Shown here one piece after another: positions 1 through 9,500 of a stretch of DNA of 64,000 nt. The position numbers and the translations under genes were made by a program. The notes under the pieces are model-generated. The model was not told the origin of the DNA and ran no database searches. It saw only the letters and a list, made by a program, of their open reading frames with translations. The stretch is from an uncultured Bordetella sp. (GTDB lineage: Bacteria; Pseudomonadota; Gammaproteobacteria; Burkholderiales; SG8-39). Numbering within the stretch: position 1 is the stretch's first letter; every line of letters starts with the position of its first letter. The stretch covers positions 113 to 64,112 of the forward strand of contig CAZMDA010000014.1 in NCBI GenBank assembly GCA_964564865.1, in the 5' to 3' direction.

Positions 1-1
1 C

Positions 2-1051
2 GAACCGCTCGCGCGCGCCATCGAGGCGGTGGTCCTCGCCGGCGGCAGCGACGCGCGCGAGGCGAGGATCGTCGCGGAGAACCTGGTCACCGCCAACCTG
101 ACGGGGCACGACTCCCACGGCGTGGGCATGATCCCGCGCTACGTCGACTCGCTGCTGGAGGGCGGCCTCAAGGTCAACCAGCACCCGAAGGTGCAGTTCG
201 ACGGCGGCGCCATGCTGTCGCTGGACGGCCAGTCGGGCTACGGCCAGGTGATCGGGCTGGAGGCGATGGAACTCGGCATCGCGCGCGCGAAGGAGCACGG
301 CCTGTGCGTGATGGGCCTGGGGCGCGCCCACCACCTGTGCCGCATCGGCCAGTGGGCCGAGCAGGCGGTCGCGGCCGGGCTGGTGTCGCTGCACTTCACC
401 AACGTGATCTCCCGCTCGATCGTCGCGCCCTACGGCGGCGCGGACGCGCGCTTCGGCACCAACCCGGTCACCGTCGGCATCCCGATCCCGAACGAGCCGC
501 CGTTCATCCTCGACATGGCCACCAGCGCGGTGGCGCAGGGCAAGATCCGCGTCGCGCACAACAAGCGCGAGAAGGTTTCGCCGGATTGGCTCATTGACGA
601 CCAGGGCAACCCGACGCCGGACCCGAAGTTCGGCGTCGTCGAGCCCTTCGGCGCATTGCGCACCTTCGGCCTGCACAAGGGCTACGGCCTGGCGGTGGTG
701 TGCGAGCTGCTGGGCGGCGCGCTCACCGGCGGCGGCACCTGGCATTCCGACGACCGCTCGAAGAAGCGCGTCTGGAACGGCATGCTCACCATCCTCATCG
801 ACCCGAAGCGCCTGGGCACCGGCGACGTGTTCGCGCAGGAAACCACGGCGTTCCTGGAGTCGCTGCGCAAGTCGCCGGTGGCGCCCGGCTTCGACAAGGT
901 GCGCATCGCCGGCGAGCCCGAGCGCGAGACGCGGGCGAAGCGCGAGAAGGAGGGCATTCCGGTGGACGCGAACACCTGGGAGGAAATCGTCGCCGCGGGA
1001 GCGAAGCTGAAGCTGGCGCGCGAGACGCTGGAGAAGCTGGTGCGGGGCTAG
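2..1051 (+). CDS. hcxB: Ldh_2-family malate/lactate/ureidoglycolate dehydrogenase (HcxB/YbiC-like), 5' end outside window
   Basis: Frame is open from the window edge; motifs GHDSHGVGMIPRY, HHLCRIG, FGTNP, LDMATS, HKGYGL, RIAGEPE are typical of the family. Confidence 0.8.
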   Translation, partial: EPLARAIEAVVLAGGSDAREARIVAENLVTANLTGHDSHGVGMIPRYVDSLLEGGLKVNQHPKVQFDGGAMLSLDGQSGYGQVIGLEAMELGIARAKEHGLCVMGLGRAHHLCRIGQWAEQAVAAGLVSLHFTNVISRSIVAPYGGADARFGTNPVTVGIPIPNEPPFILDMATSAVAQGKIRVAHNKREKVSPDWLIDDQGNPTPDPKFGVVEPFGALRTFGLHKGYGLAVVCELLGGALTGGGTWHSDDRSKKRVWNGMLTILIDPKRLGTGDVFAQETTAFLESLRKSPVAPGFDKVRIAGEPERETRAKREKEGIPVDANTWEEIVAAGAKLKLARETLEKLVRG

Positions 1052-1117
1052 CCCTTGCAACGGGGTCGGCGCGGCCCCATATTGGCGGCAACGGACCGGT
1101 GTCCGGGAGATTCCGCC

Positions 1118-1714
1118 ATGCGCAGACTGTTCCTCGCCGCTCTCGCCGCGCTCACGCTCTCCGGCTGCGGCTACAACGAGTTCCAGCGCCTGGACGAAGG
1201 CGTCAAGGCCGCCTGGTCCGAGGTGATCAACAACTACCAGCGCCGCGCCGACCTGATCCCGAACCTGGTCGCCACGGTGCAGGGCGCGGCGGACTTCGAG
1301 AAGAGCACGCTGGTGGAGCTCACCAACGCGCGCGCCTCGGTCAGCGCCATCAAGGCGACGCCCGAGCTGGTGAACGATCCCGAGGCGTTCGCGAAGTTCC
1401 AGGCCGCGCAGTCGCAGATGACGGGCGCGCTCTCGCGCCTGCTGGCGGTGGCGGAGAACTACCCGACGCTCACGGCGACCAAGGAGTTCGGCGAGCTGCG
1501 CGCGGAGCTGGCCGGGGCGGAGAACCGCATCACGGTGGCGCGCGGCCGCTACATCAAGGCGGTGGAGGCCTACAACGTCCTCGCGCGCCAGTTCCCGTCC
1601 AACCTGACGGCGATGCTGTTCGGCTACAAGACCAAGGCCAACTTCACCGTGGAGAACGAGAAGGCCATCGCGGCGCCGCCGAAGGTGGACTTCTCCAAGC
1701 CCGCGGCCAAGTAG
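1118..1714 (+). CDS. lemA: LemA family lipoprotein
   Basis: ATG 1118 after GGGAG; lipobox LSGC; YQRRADLIPNLV and ENRITVARGRY motifs. Confidence 0.92.
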   Translation: MRRLFLAALAALTLSGCGYNEFQRLDEGVKAAWSEVINNYQRRADLIPNLVATVQGAADFEKSTLVELTNARASVSAIKATPELVNDPEAFAKFQAAQSQMTGALSRLLAVAENYPTLTATKEFGELRAELAGAENRITVARGRYIKAVEAYNVLARQFPSNLTAMLFGYKTKANFTVENEKAIAAPPKVDFSKPAAK

Positions 1715-1727
1715 TCCGACGCAGCCG

Positions 1728-2570
1728 ATGCGCTTCCTGCTCGCGGCGTGCCTCGCGCTGGCGGGCCTGCTCGGCCCCGACCCCGCCCGGGCCGAGGTGC
1801 CGATCCCGCCGCTCGCGGCGCGCGTCACCGACCTCACCGGCACCCTGAGCGCGCAGCAGAAGGGCGAGCTGGAATCGCGCCTGGCGGCGTTCGAGGCGAA
1901 GCGCGGCAGCCAGATCGCGGTGCTGGTGCTGCCGACCACGAAGCCGGAGGAGATCGAGCAGTTCTCGATCCGCCTCGCGGAGGCCTGGAAGGTCGGCCGC
2001 AAGGGCGTGGACGACGGCGTGATCCTGGTGGTGGCGAAGGACGACCGGCGCCTGCGCATCGAGGTGGGCTACGGCCTCGAGGGCGTGATCCCGGACGCGG
2101 TCGCCAGGCGCGTGATCGACGAGCGCATCACGCCGCGCTTCCGCGAGGGCGACTTCTTCGGCGGCATCCGCGACGGCGTGGAGCAGCTGGTGCGGCTGGC
2201 CGAGGGCGAGAAGCTGCCGGAGCCGGTTGCGCGGCGCGGCGAGCGCGATCCGGTGTCCGGCCTGTTCGACTACGCGGTGCCGGCGCTGTTCTTCATCGTC
2301 ATCGCCGGCGGCCTGCTCAAGCTGCTGCTCGGGCGCTTCGCCGGGTCGCTGGCCACCGGCTTGCTGCTCGGGCTGGCCGCATGGCTGGTGTTCAACCTGG
2401 TGGCCGCCGCCGTCGCCGCGGTGATGGGATTCCTGTTCACCTTCGCCAACACCGGCGCCGGGCGCGGCGGCTGGTCGAGCGGCGGCGGCCGCTCGGGCGG
2501 TGGATCCTCGGGCGGCTGGAGCGGCGGGGGCGGCAGTTTCGGGGGCGGCGGCGCCTCGGGGCGCTGGTAG
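1728..2570 (+). CDS. TPM-domain (YgcG/DUF477) membrane protein with Gly-rich tail
   Basis: Signal peptide; VTDLTGTLS, LRIEVGYGLEG motifs; TM helices; C-terminal GGGGSFGGGGASGRW. Confidence 0.9.
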   Translation: MRFLLAACLALAGLLGPDPARAEVPIPPLAARVTDLTGTLSAQQKGELESRLAAFEAKRGSQIAVLVLPTTKPEEIEQFSIRLAEAWKVGRKGVDDGVILVVAKDDRRLRIEVGYGLEGVIPDAVARRVIDERITPRFREGDFFGGIRDGVEQLVRLAEGEKLPEPVARRGERDPVSGLFDYAVPALFFIVIAGGLLKLLLGRFAGSLATGLLLGLAAWLVFNLVAAAVAAVMGFLFTFANTGAGRGGWSSGGGRSGGGSSGGWSGGGGSFGGGGASGRW

Positions 2571-2574
2571 CGCG

Positions 2575-3066
2575 ATGCGCTGGATCCGGCACCTGTTCCT
2601 GGACGAGCTCACGCTGCGGCGCGCGTTCCCCGCCGCGACGCTGGAGGCGGTCGCGCGCGAGGTGGCCCGGCAGGAGCAGCGCCATCGCGGCGAGTTGCGC
2701 GTCGCCATCGAGGGCGGGTTGCCCGTCCAGGCGCTGGCGACCGGGCGCAGCGCGCGCGAGCGCGCGCTGGAGCACTTCGCGCGCCTGCGCGTCTGGGACA
2801 CCGAGGACAACGCCGGGGTGCTGGTCTACCTGCTGCTCGCCGACCACCGGGTGGAGATCGTGGCCGACCGCGGCATCCACGCCCGCGTCGGCGCCGCCGC
2901 CTGGGAGACCATCTGCGGGGCGATGCAGCGCGAGTTCGCCGCCGGGCGCCATGAGCAGGGCCTGGTGAGCGGCCTGTCGTCCATCAGCGACCTGCTGGCG
3001 CAGCACTTCCCGGCGCGGGCCGGCGACAACCCGAACGAACTTCCGGACAAGCCGGTCCTGCTTTAG
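2575..3066 (+). CDS. TPM-domain protein (usual third gene of lemA operon)
   Basis: GELRVAIE, VWDTEDNAGVLVYLLLADHRVEIVADRGI, NPNELPD motifs; ATG 2575 just after the upstream stop. Confidence 0.88.
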   Translation: MRWIRHLFLDELTLRRAFPAATLEAVAREVARQEQRHRGELRVAIEGGLPVQALATGRSARERALEHFARLRVWDTEDNAGVLVYLLLADHRVEIVADRGIHARVGAAAWETICGAMQREFAAGRHEQGLVSGLSSISDLLAQHFPARAGDNPNELPDKPVLL

Positions 3067-3082
3067 CTATGCTGGGCGCAGG

Positions 3083-3661
3083 ATGCTCCTGCGCGCGATC
3101 GCGTTCCTGTCCCTGGCCGGTGCCGCGGGCGCGGCCTGCGCCGCGGAGGAGGTGTCCGTCGAGGCCTCGCGCCGCGACGGCGCGATCGAGGTCCGCGCCC
3201 ATGCGCTGGTCACGGCCGCCTGGGACACCGTCTGGGGCACGCTCACCGACTACGACCGCCTGCCCGCGTTCATCCCCGGCATGAAGTCGAGCCGCGTCAC
3301 CGCGCGCAACGGCCAGGTCGCCGTGGTCGAGCAGGTGGGCGAGGCGCGGTTCCTGTTCTTCAGCTTCCCGATCGAGGTGACGGTGCAGTCCACCGCGCGG
3401 CCGCCGGACGCGATCGACGTCCGCGCGCTGAAGGGCAGCTTCCGGCGCCTGGACGGCGGCTACCGGCTGCGGCAGCTGCCCGCGGGCGTCATCGAGCTGG
3501 TGTGGATCGGCCTGCTGGAGCCCGATTTCGCGCTGCCGCCGCTCTTCGGCGAAGTGCTCATGCGCTCGACCATCGAGGACCAGTTCCTCGGCATGGTGCG
3601 GGAGATCGAGCGCCGCGAGCAGGAGCGGGCGCCGCGGCGCGGCGGCGCGCCGAAGAACTGA
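3083..3661 (+). CDS. SRPBCC/START (polyketide cyclase-like) protein with signal peptide
   Basis: VWGTLTDYDRLPAFIPGMKSSRV; GSFRRLDGGY; hydrophobic N-terminus. Confidence 0.75.
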   Translation: MLLRAIAFLSLAGAAGAACAAEEVSVEASRRDGAIEVRAHALVTAAWDTVWGTLTDYDRLPAFIPGMKSSRVTARNGQVAVVEQVGEARFLFFSFPIEVTVQSTARPPDAIDVRALKGSFRRLDGGYRLRQLPAGVIELVWIGLLEPDFALPPLFGEVLMRSTIEDQFLGMVREIERREQERAPRRGGAPKN

Positions 3662-3662
3662 C

Positions 3663-3818
3663 TCAGGCGGGCTTGTCGCCGCCGGGCTTGGCGGCCTCCT
3701 GCGCCTTCGCCGCGTCCTGCGGCGCCTTGTAGTCGCCGATGACGCCCTTCAGCGGGCAGGCGGAGACGATCGCGCACTTGCTGCAGCCGACGGCCAGTGC
3801 AACGGGACAGAGCGTCAT
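3663..3818 (-). CDS. Unannotated 51-aa four-cysteine protein MTLCPVALAVGCSKCAIVSACPLKGVIGDYKAPQDAAKAQEAAKPGGDKPA
   Basis: Translated by hand (below the ORF-track length cutoff); strong SD GAGGAGG overlapping the alkB stop TGA; GC3-rich codons like neighbouring genes. Confidence 0.8.
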   Translation of the reverse strand: MTLCPVALAVGCSKCAIVSACPLKGVIGDYKAPQDAAKAQEAAKPGGDKPA

Positions 3819-3828
3819 GGGAACCTCC

Positions 3829-4863
3829 TCAGGTGGGACTGCGATCCAACCTTAGCACGCGCGGATTCATCACCGCGAACCACAGCGGCGGCAGCAGCGC
3901 GAGCGGCACCATCGCCGGGTAGCCAGCGGGCAGCTTCGGGCTTTCCGCCTGCGGCTGCAGCGCGGCGTAGGGCCGCCCGGGATTCAGGTGGTGGTCGGCA
4001 TGGCGCTGCAGGTGCACCAGGAAACTGTTGCTGAGCCGCTCGTAGGCGTCCCAGGCGTGCGCCGCCGTCGGCCGCTCGTAGCGCCCGTCGGCCAGCTTCC
4101 TGCGCTGCAGGCCGTAGTGCTCGATGTAGTTCACCGCTTCCAGCTGCAGCACCGCGACCGCGGCCTGGCCGAAGAAGAACGCCACCGCCCAGGGCCCGAA
4201 GGCGAGTCCTAGCGTCGCCGCGAGCGCGAGCGTGGCCGCCCAGGGCCGCAGCACCTCGGCGCGATCGAGCTCCCAGGCGTGCGCGAGCGAACCGAAGAGC
4301 GTGCGCGGCAGGAAGCGCCAGAAGGATTCGCCGTAGCGCGCGCTCGCCGGGTCCTCGGGCGTGGCGACGCGCGCGTGGTGGCCGCGGTTGTGCTCCACGG
4401 TGAAGTGGCCGTAGGCGACGCTCGCCAGCAGCAGGCGCGACAGGAACCGGTCCAGCCGCGGCAGCTTGTGCCCCAGCTCGTGCGCGATGGTGATGCCGGC
4501 GCCGCCGGTGGCGAGGCCCACCGAGGCGGTGAACAGGATCGCGTCGCCCGCGCCCAGGGCGCCGGAGCCGGCCAGCCAGGCGCCCCAGCCGATCAGCCCC
4601 ATCTGCAGCGGCACCCAGGCGTGCAGCACGAAGCGGAAGAACGGGCCTTGCTTCAGCCGCTCCACTTCCTCGGGCGAGGAGGGCGCCGCGTCGCGCCCGA
4701 GCGCCATGTCGAGCAGCGGCACGGCGACGAAGAACACCGCGAACGCGTACCAGTACTGGCCGAGGGCGTGGCCGATGACCGGCGCCCCGGCGACGGTGAG
4801 GGCGAGCAGGAAGCGCGCGTCGCGCAGGGCGAAGCCGCGCGCCGGTTCAGCTTGCGAGGACAT
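3829..4863 (-). CDS. alkB: Alkane 1-monooxygenase (AlkB-type membrane di-iron hydroxylase)
   Basis: All diagnostic His boxes present: HELGHK, EHNRGHH, NYIEHYG, LQRHADHH; PxLPAGYPAM motif. Confidence 0.85.
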   Translation of the reverse strand: MSSQAEPARGFALRDARFLLALTVAGAPVIGHALGQYWYAFAVFFVAVPLLDMALGRDAAPSSPEEVERLKQGPFFRFVLHAWVPLQMGLIGWGAWLAGSGALGAGDAILFTASVGLATGGAGITIAHELGHKLPRLDRFLSRLLLASVAYGHFTVEHNRGHHARVATPEDPASARYGESFWRFLPRTLFGSLAHAWELDRAEVLRPWAATLALAATLGLAFGPWAVAFFFGQAAVAVLQLEAVNYIEHYGLQRRKLADGRYERPTAAHAWDAYERLSNSFLVHLQRHADHHLNPGRPYAALQPQAESPKLPAGYPAMVPLALLPPLWFAVMNPRVLRLDRSPT

Positions 4864-5155
4864 CCTGCCAGTCCGGCGTGCGCGCCAGCACCGCTCGGAC
4901 GTAGCTGCAGCGCGGCACCAGTTTCACGTTCTCGGCGCGCGCCCAGGTGACGACCGCTTCCACCAGCTGCTTCGCGGCGCCGGAACCGCGCAGCGAGTCG
5001 TCCACCTCGGTGTGGTTCACCGCCACCACGCCGGGACCGCGCGCGGCGTAGAGCAGCTCGCCGACGCGGCGGCCTTCGCGCAGCATGACGAAGGCGCCGG
5101 AGCCGCCCTCGCGCTGGTGGGTGATGGGCGGGACGAGGGAAGCCGGGGTGTCCAT
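4847..5155 (-). CDS. Small GNAT-family acetyltransferase (YjdJ-like)
   Basis: NHTEVDDSLRGSGAAKQLV and VPRCSYV motifs. Confidence 0.85.
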   Translation of the reverse strand: MDTPASLVPPITHQREGGSGAFVMLREGRRVGELLYAARGPGVVAVNHTEVDDSLRGSGAAKQLVEAVVTWARAENVKLVPRCSYVRAVLARTPDWQDVLAS

Positions 5156-5161
5156 GCCCCC

Positions 5162-5167
5162 AGTTTA
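5162..5167 (-). promoter_or_regulatory. -10 box TAAACT 6 nt before the GNAT ATG (probable leaderless promoter)
   Basis: Minus strand reads TAAACT-gggggc-ATG; no SD. Confidence 0.55.
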
Positions 5168-5192
5168 AACGTGCTCGGTATGCCGGGTCGCA

Positions 5193-5212
5193 ATGTGCAC
5201 GATCGTGCACAT
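5193..5212. repeat. Perfect 20-bp palindrome ATGTGCACGATCGTGCACAT (type A)
   Basis: All 10 pairs checked by eye; intergenic, 19 nt beyond the regulator stop. Confidence 0.9.
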
Positions 5213-5231
5213 GTGCGCCAAGTCCATGGCG

Positions 5232-5981
5232 TCAGCGGATGGCCTCGACCGCCGCCGTGAAGACGTATCCCGCGCCGCGTTCCGTGCGGATGATCCCGGT
5301 ACCCGTGCTGCTGTCTCCGAGCCTGCGGCGCAGGCGCCCGACCTGGACGTCGATGGAGCGGTCGTAGACCTCGTCGTTGTGCAGCCTCGACAGATCCAGC
5401 AATTGCTCGCGCGACAGAACGCGCTGCGGCGAGGCGAGAAAGGCCACCAGCAGGTTGAATTCGCTGTTGGTGAGCGCCACGGACTCGCCGTCGGCGTTCT
5501 TCAAGCGGCGCAGGCGCACGCTAAGCTCCATGCCGGCGAAACGGTAGGCGCGAATCTTCGACAGGCCGTCGGCCACGGTTTGCTGGGCACGGGCGCGGCG
5601 CAGCAGGGCGCGGATCCGCGCCAGCAGCTCGCGGGGCGAAAACGGCTTGGTGAGGTAGTCGTCGGCGCCCAGCTCGAGGCCCATGACGCGGTCGGCCTCG
5701 TCCTTGCGGCCGGTCAGCATGATGATCGGAATCCCGGAGTGCTCTCTCAGGCGGCGGGCGATCTGCATGCCGTCCTCTCCGGGCAGCTTCAGGTCGAGCA
5801 CGATCAAGTCGACGGCCTCGCGCTCCAGGATCGCGCTTACTTCTGCGCCGCCTGCCTGCCCGGTGACCCGCATGTCGTAGTCCCCGAGGTAGTCCGTGAT
5901 CAGCTTGCGGATATCGGGGTCGTCGTCCACGACCAGTACGTGCGTGGACGCAGCATCCGGTGGGGGCATCAGGCCCTTCAT
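5232..5981 (-). CDS. OmpR/VirG-like DNA-binding response regulator
   Basis: Receiver VLVVDDD...LDLKLP...KPF plus winged helix EFNLLVAFL...SREQLL...EVYDRSIDV...RGAGY; start 5981 chosen for its GGAG SD. Confidence 0.92.
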   Translation of the reverse strand: MKGLMPPPDAASTHVLVVDDDPDIRKLITDYLGDYDMRVTGQAGGAEVSAILEREAVDLIVLDLKLPGEDGMQIARRLREHSGIPIIMLTGRKDEADRVMGLELGADDYLTKPFSPRELLARIRALLRRARAQQTVADGLSKIRAYRFAGMELSVRLRRLKNADGESVALTNSEFNLLVAFLASPQRVLSREQLLDLSRLHNDEVYDRSIDVQVGRLRRRLGDSSTGTGIIRTERGAGYVFTAAVEAIR

Positions 5982-6198
5982 GCGGTCAGGCTCCAGGAGG
6001 CGCATCGGGGTCGATACTCGACGGCAGGCATGGCCTGAGTATGTTCCCGCGACGCGGGGCGCATGTCATCCGTCATATTGCGGCATCACCCGGTCATGCT
6101 GGCTGAGGCACTGGCGCTTACCTTACCCGAAACTTACATTCACGGGCGCAGGCGGTGCGGCCGGGCGCAAGCTCGAGGCCGCGACACTGCCGGGAGCA

Positions 6199-6561
6199 AT
6201 GGTGTACGGAAAGGGCTGTATTCTTGTCCTCGAAACGGACGAACTCATTCGAGAGCTGCTCGTGCGCTGGCTTGGCGATGAAGGTTTCGGCGTCTTGGCA
6301 CGGCCCCCTGGAGCGCGCCTGACCAGGGGGAAGTCGATCCGCCTGGTCATCGCCGACCTGTCCGATCCCCGGCATGCCTACGCCCAGATTGCAGCATTGA
6401 AGTCCATGTACGGCGCCCCGGTGCTCGCGCTATCGGCGCGCTTTCGACGCGGCCTCGGCGGCTCGCGGGAGGCGGCGCAGCGGCTGGAAGTGAGCGGTAC
6501 GTTGCCCAAGCCATTCACGCGGGCGGAGCTGTTGGCTGCAGTGCACGAGGCGCTGGCGTGA
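6199..6561 (+). CDS. Single-domain, partly degenerate response regulator receiver
   Basis: ILVLETD...LVIAD...LALSA...LPKPF; stop overlaps the kinase start (GTGA). Confidence 0.7.
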   Translation: MVYGKGCILVLETDELIRELLVRWLGDEGFGVLARPPGARLTRGKSIRLVIADLSDPRHAYAQIAALKSMYGAPVLALSARFRRGLGGSREAAQRLEVSGTLPKPFTRAELLAAVHEALA

Positions 6562-9500
6562 CGGATACAGGCAGACCGGCGAACGAGCCGGTATCGCGGG
6601 CGGGGCGCGAATCGCTCGAAAGCGAGATGGCGCAGCGCACAGCGCAATTGGAGCGTGTCAACGAGGCGCTTCGCCAGTCGGAAGAGCGCTACGGCCTCGC
6701 TTTGGAGGCCACCGAAGAGGGGCATTTCGACGTCAACGTCGACACCGACGAACTCCTCACCTCCGAGCGGCTGAACGAAATCTACGGTTTTCCGCCCGGA
6801 ACGCGCGTGCTGAAGCGCAGCGAGTACCTGAAGGACTTCGGCTTCTACGGCGACGACGGCGAGGTCTACCGAGCGGCAATCGCTGCCGCGGAAGCGCCGG
6901 GCGGGCCGTCACGCTACGAGTTCGAGTATCGCATCCAGCGTCCGTCGGGCGAGCTGCGATGGCTGAAGACGCGCGGGTTGGTGATACGCGACGCCGAAGG
7001 ACGTGCCCGGCGCCGGACCGGCATGGTGGCCGATATCACCGAAGCGAAGAATGCCGAGGCGGCGCTGCGCGAATCCGAGGAGCGATACGGGCGTGCGGTC
7101 CAGGCAAGCGAGGCCGGGTTCTGGGAATGGACCGTGGCCTCCGACACGTTCTACGCGTCGCCGCGCCTGCTCGAGATCTACGGGTTCGAGCCTGGCACCA
7201 CGTTCGCGGGTCGGGCCGACTTCCTCGCCCGCTTTCCGTTCCATGCCGAGGACAAATCGCGCTGGGAGCGTGCGATCGCGGCGCACTTCGCCGGGCATAC
7301 TGCCCGCTTCGACATCGAGATGCGCTTGCTTCCGCGCGGTGAGTTGCGCTGGATTCACCTTACCGGGCTATGCACGCGGGACAAGGACGGAACTGTGGTG
7401 CGCTGGAGCGGTTCCTCAGTCGATATCACTGAGCGCAAGCGGGTCGAGGTTGCGTTGCGTGAATCCGAAGAGCGATTCGCGCTCGCGGTCGCCGGCGCGA
7501 ACGAGGGCATCTTCGATTGGGAAGTGGCGAAGGACCGCGTATACATGTCGGCGCGCGCGCAGGAGATCTTCGGCCTGGTGCCGGGCGAGCCGTGGCGCCC
7601 CCGGCGGGAGTGGATCGCGCTCACTGCGCGACGCACCCCGGGACATCTGGAGCGGGCGGAGGCGGCGCTTCTGGCGCATCTGCGCGGCGAGACACCGATG
7701 TTCCTGCTTGAGTTCGAGCTGGTGCTCCCGGACGGAGGGCGGCGCTGGATTCGCCAGCGCGGCGTGGGTCAGCGGGACGCCGCGGGCCGCGTCCATCGCA
7801 TGGCCGGATCGTTCGAGGACATCAGCGACCGCAAGGCGATCGAGGCTGCGATCCGCCGGAGCGAGACCTACCTCGAGGAGGCGCTGCGTCTGGGTCAGGC
7901 CGGCAGCTTCGCCTACGGGGTGCGGGAGCGGCGCCAGGTGCATTGGTCGCCGACCACCTTCGGCTTGTTCGATTTCGACCCCGGCCCGTCGCCACCTTCC
8001 GCAGAGGAGTTGTGGACCCGCATCCATCCGGAGGACGTCGCGGCGGTTCGCCAGGCGCGCGAGCGGGCGATCCGCGACAAGTGCGAGTACGTCGCCCGCT
8101 ACCGGGCGGTCCATCGCGACGGGTCGATACGGTACCTGCAGTCGGCGGGGCGCCCCTGGCTGGACGAGCAGGGCAACGTGACCGAGCTGGTCGGCGTCGT
8201 CATGGATGTCACCGAGCCGACCCTGGCGGAGAGGACCCTGCGCGAGAGCGAGGCGCGGTTCCGCGCCCTTACCGAACTGTCTTCCGACTGGTTCTGGCGG
8301 CAGGACGAAACACTTCGCTTTCGCTACATGTCGAAACTTGCACCTGCCCTAGGCGGGTATCCCGCGGAGGTCTCGGTCGGCAAGCTGCGGTGGGAGCTTC
8401 CTGGCCTCGTTCCGCTGTCGTGCTCCTGGGCCGAGCACCAGGCCACCCTGGAGGCGCGCCTGCCTTTCCGGGACCTGGAGCTGGCGCGAACGCTGCCGGA
8501 CGGGACCGTCGCATACCTCAGCATCAGCGGCGCGCCGATCTTCGACGAGGCCGGGCGCTTCCTCGGCTACCAGGGCGTCGGCCGCGACATCAGCGCCGGG
8601 AAGCGGATCGAGGAGGCACTGCGCGCGCGCGAGGAGCAGTTGCGCAGCGCGCAGCGCCTGGAGGCGCTGGGAACCCTGGCCGGCGGCATCGCGCATGACT
8701 TCAACAACATCCTTGGCGCGATCCTCGGTTATGGTGAGATGGCGCTGCGCGACGCGCCCGCTGGCAGCCGCCTGCGCCGCGACCTGGACAGCATCGTCGC
8801 CGCCGGCGAGCGCGGCCGTGCGCTCGTGGAACGCATCCTTGCGTTCAGCCGCAGCGGTGTCAGCGAGCGCGTTGCGGTGCATGTCGAGACAGTGGTGGGC
8901 GAGGCATTAGACCTGCTGCGCGCCAGCCTGCCGCCCGGTGTTCGCATCGAGGCCGACTTGCGCGCAGGGCGTGCTGCAATGCTCGGCGACCCGACGCAGG
9001 TGCACCAGGTCGTGATGAACCTGGCGTCCAACGGCATCCAGGCGATGGCCGGGGGCGGCACGTTGTGGGTGTACCTGGTCGTGGAGCGCTTCGCCGAACC
9101 TCGGGTGGCCGTCACCGGGACGGTTCCCGCGGGGGAGTACATCGTACTTCGCGTGGTTGATGAGGGCAGTGGCATCGCCGCCGGGATCCTGGACCGGATC
9201 TTCGATCCGTTCTTCACCACCAAGGACGTCGGCGTGGGAACCGGCCTCGGCCTTTCTCTGGTCCATGGCATCGTCGCGGAGGTCGGTGGTGCGGTGGACG
9301 TCTCGACCGAGGCCAACCTTGGAAGCGTATTCACCGTCTACCTGCCGCGGCAGGGCGATGCGGCTGTGAGCAACGGCCGAATGGCAACCGAGATGCCGCG
9401 CGGTCACGGCGAGCGGGTACTGATCGTGGACGACGAGGAACCGCTGGTGCGGCTCGCGACGGCGACCTTGTCGGATCTCGGCTACGATCCTGTCGGATTC

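Noticed and set aside
2455-2570. GGC-rich repeat-like stretch
   Set aside because: Encodes the normal Gly/Ser tail of YgcG-type TPM proteins
3663-3818. Microprotein as a canonical rubredoxin
   Set aside because: Lacks the two CxxCG / CPxCG knuckles; Cys spacing is C-x7-C-x2-C-x5-C
5982-6198. Agrobacterium-type vir box for the VirG-like regulator
   Set aside because: No TNCAATTGAAAY match found in the divergent promoter region
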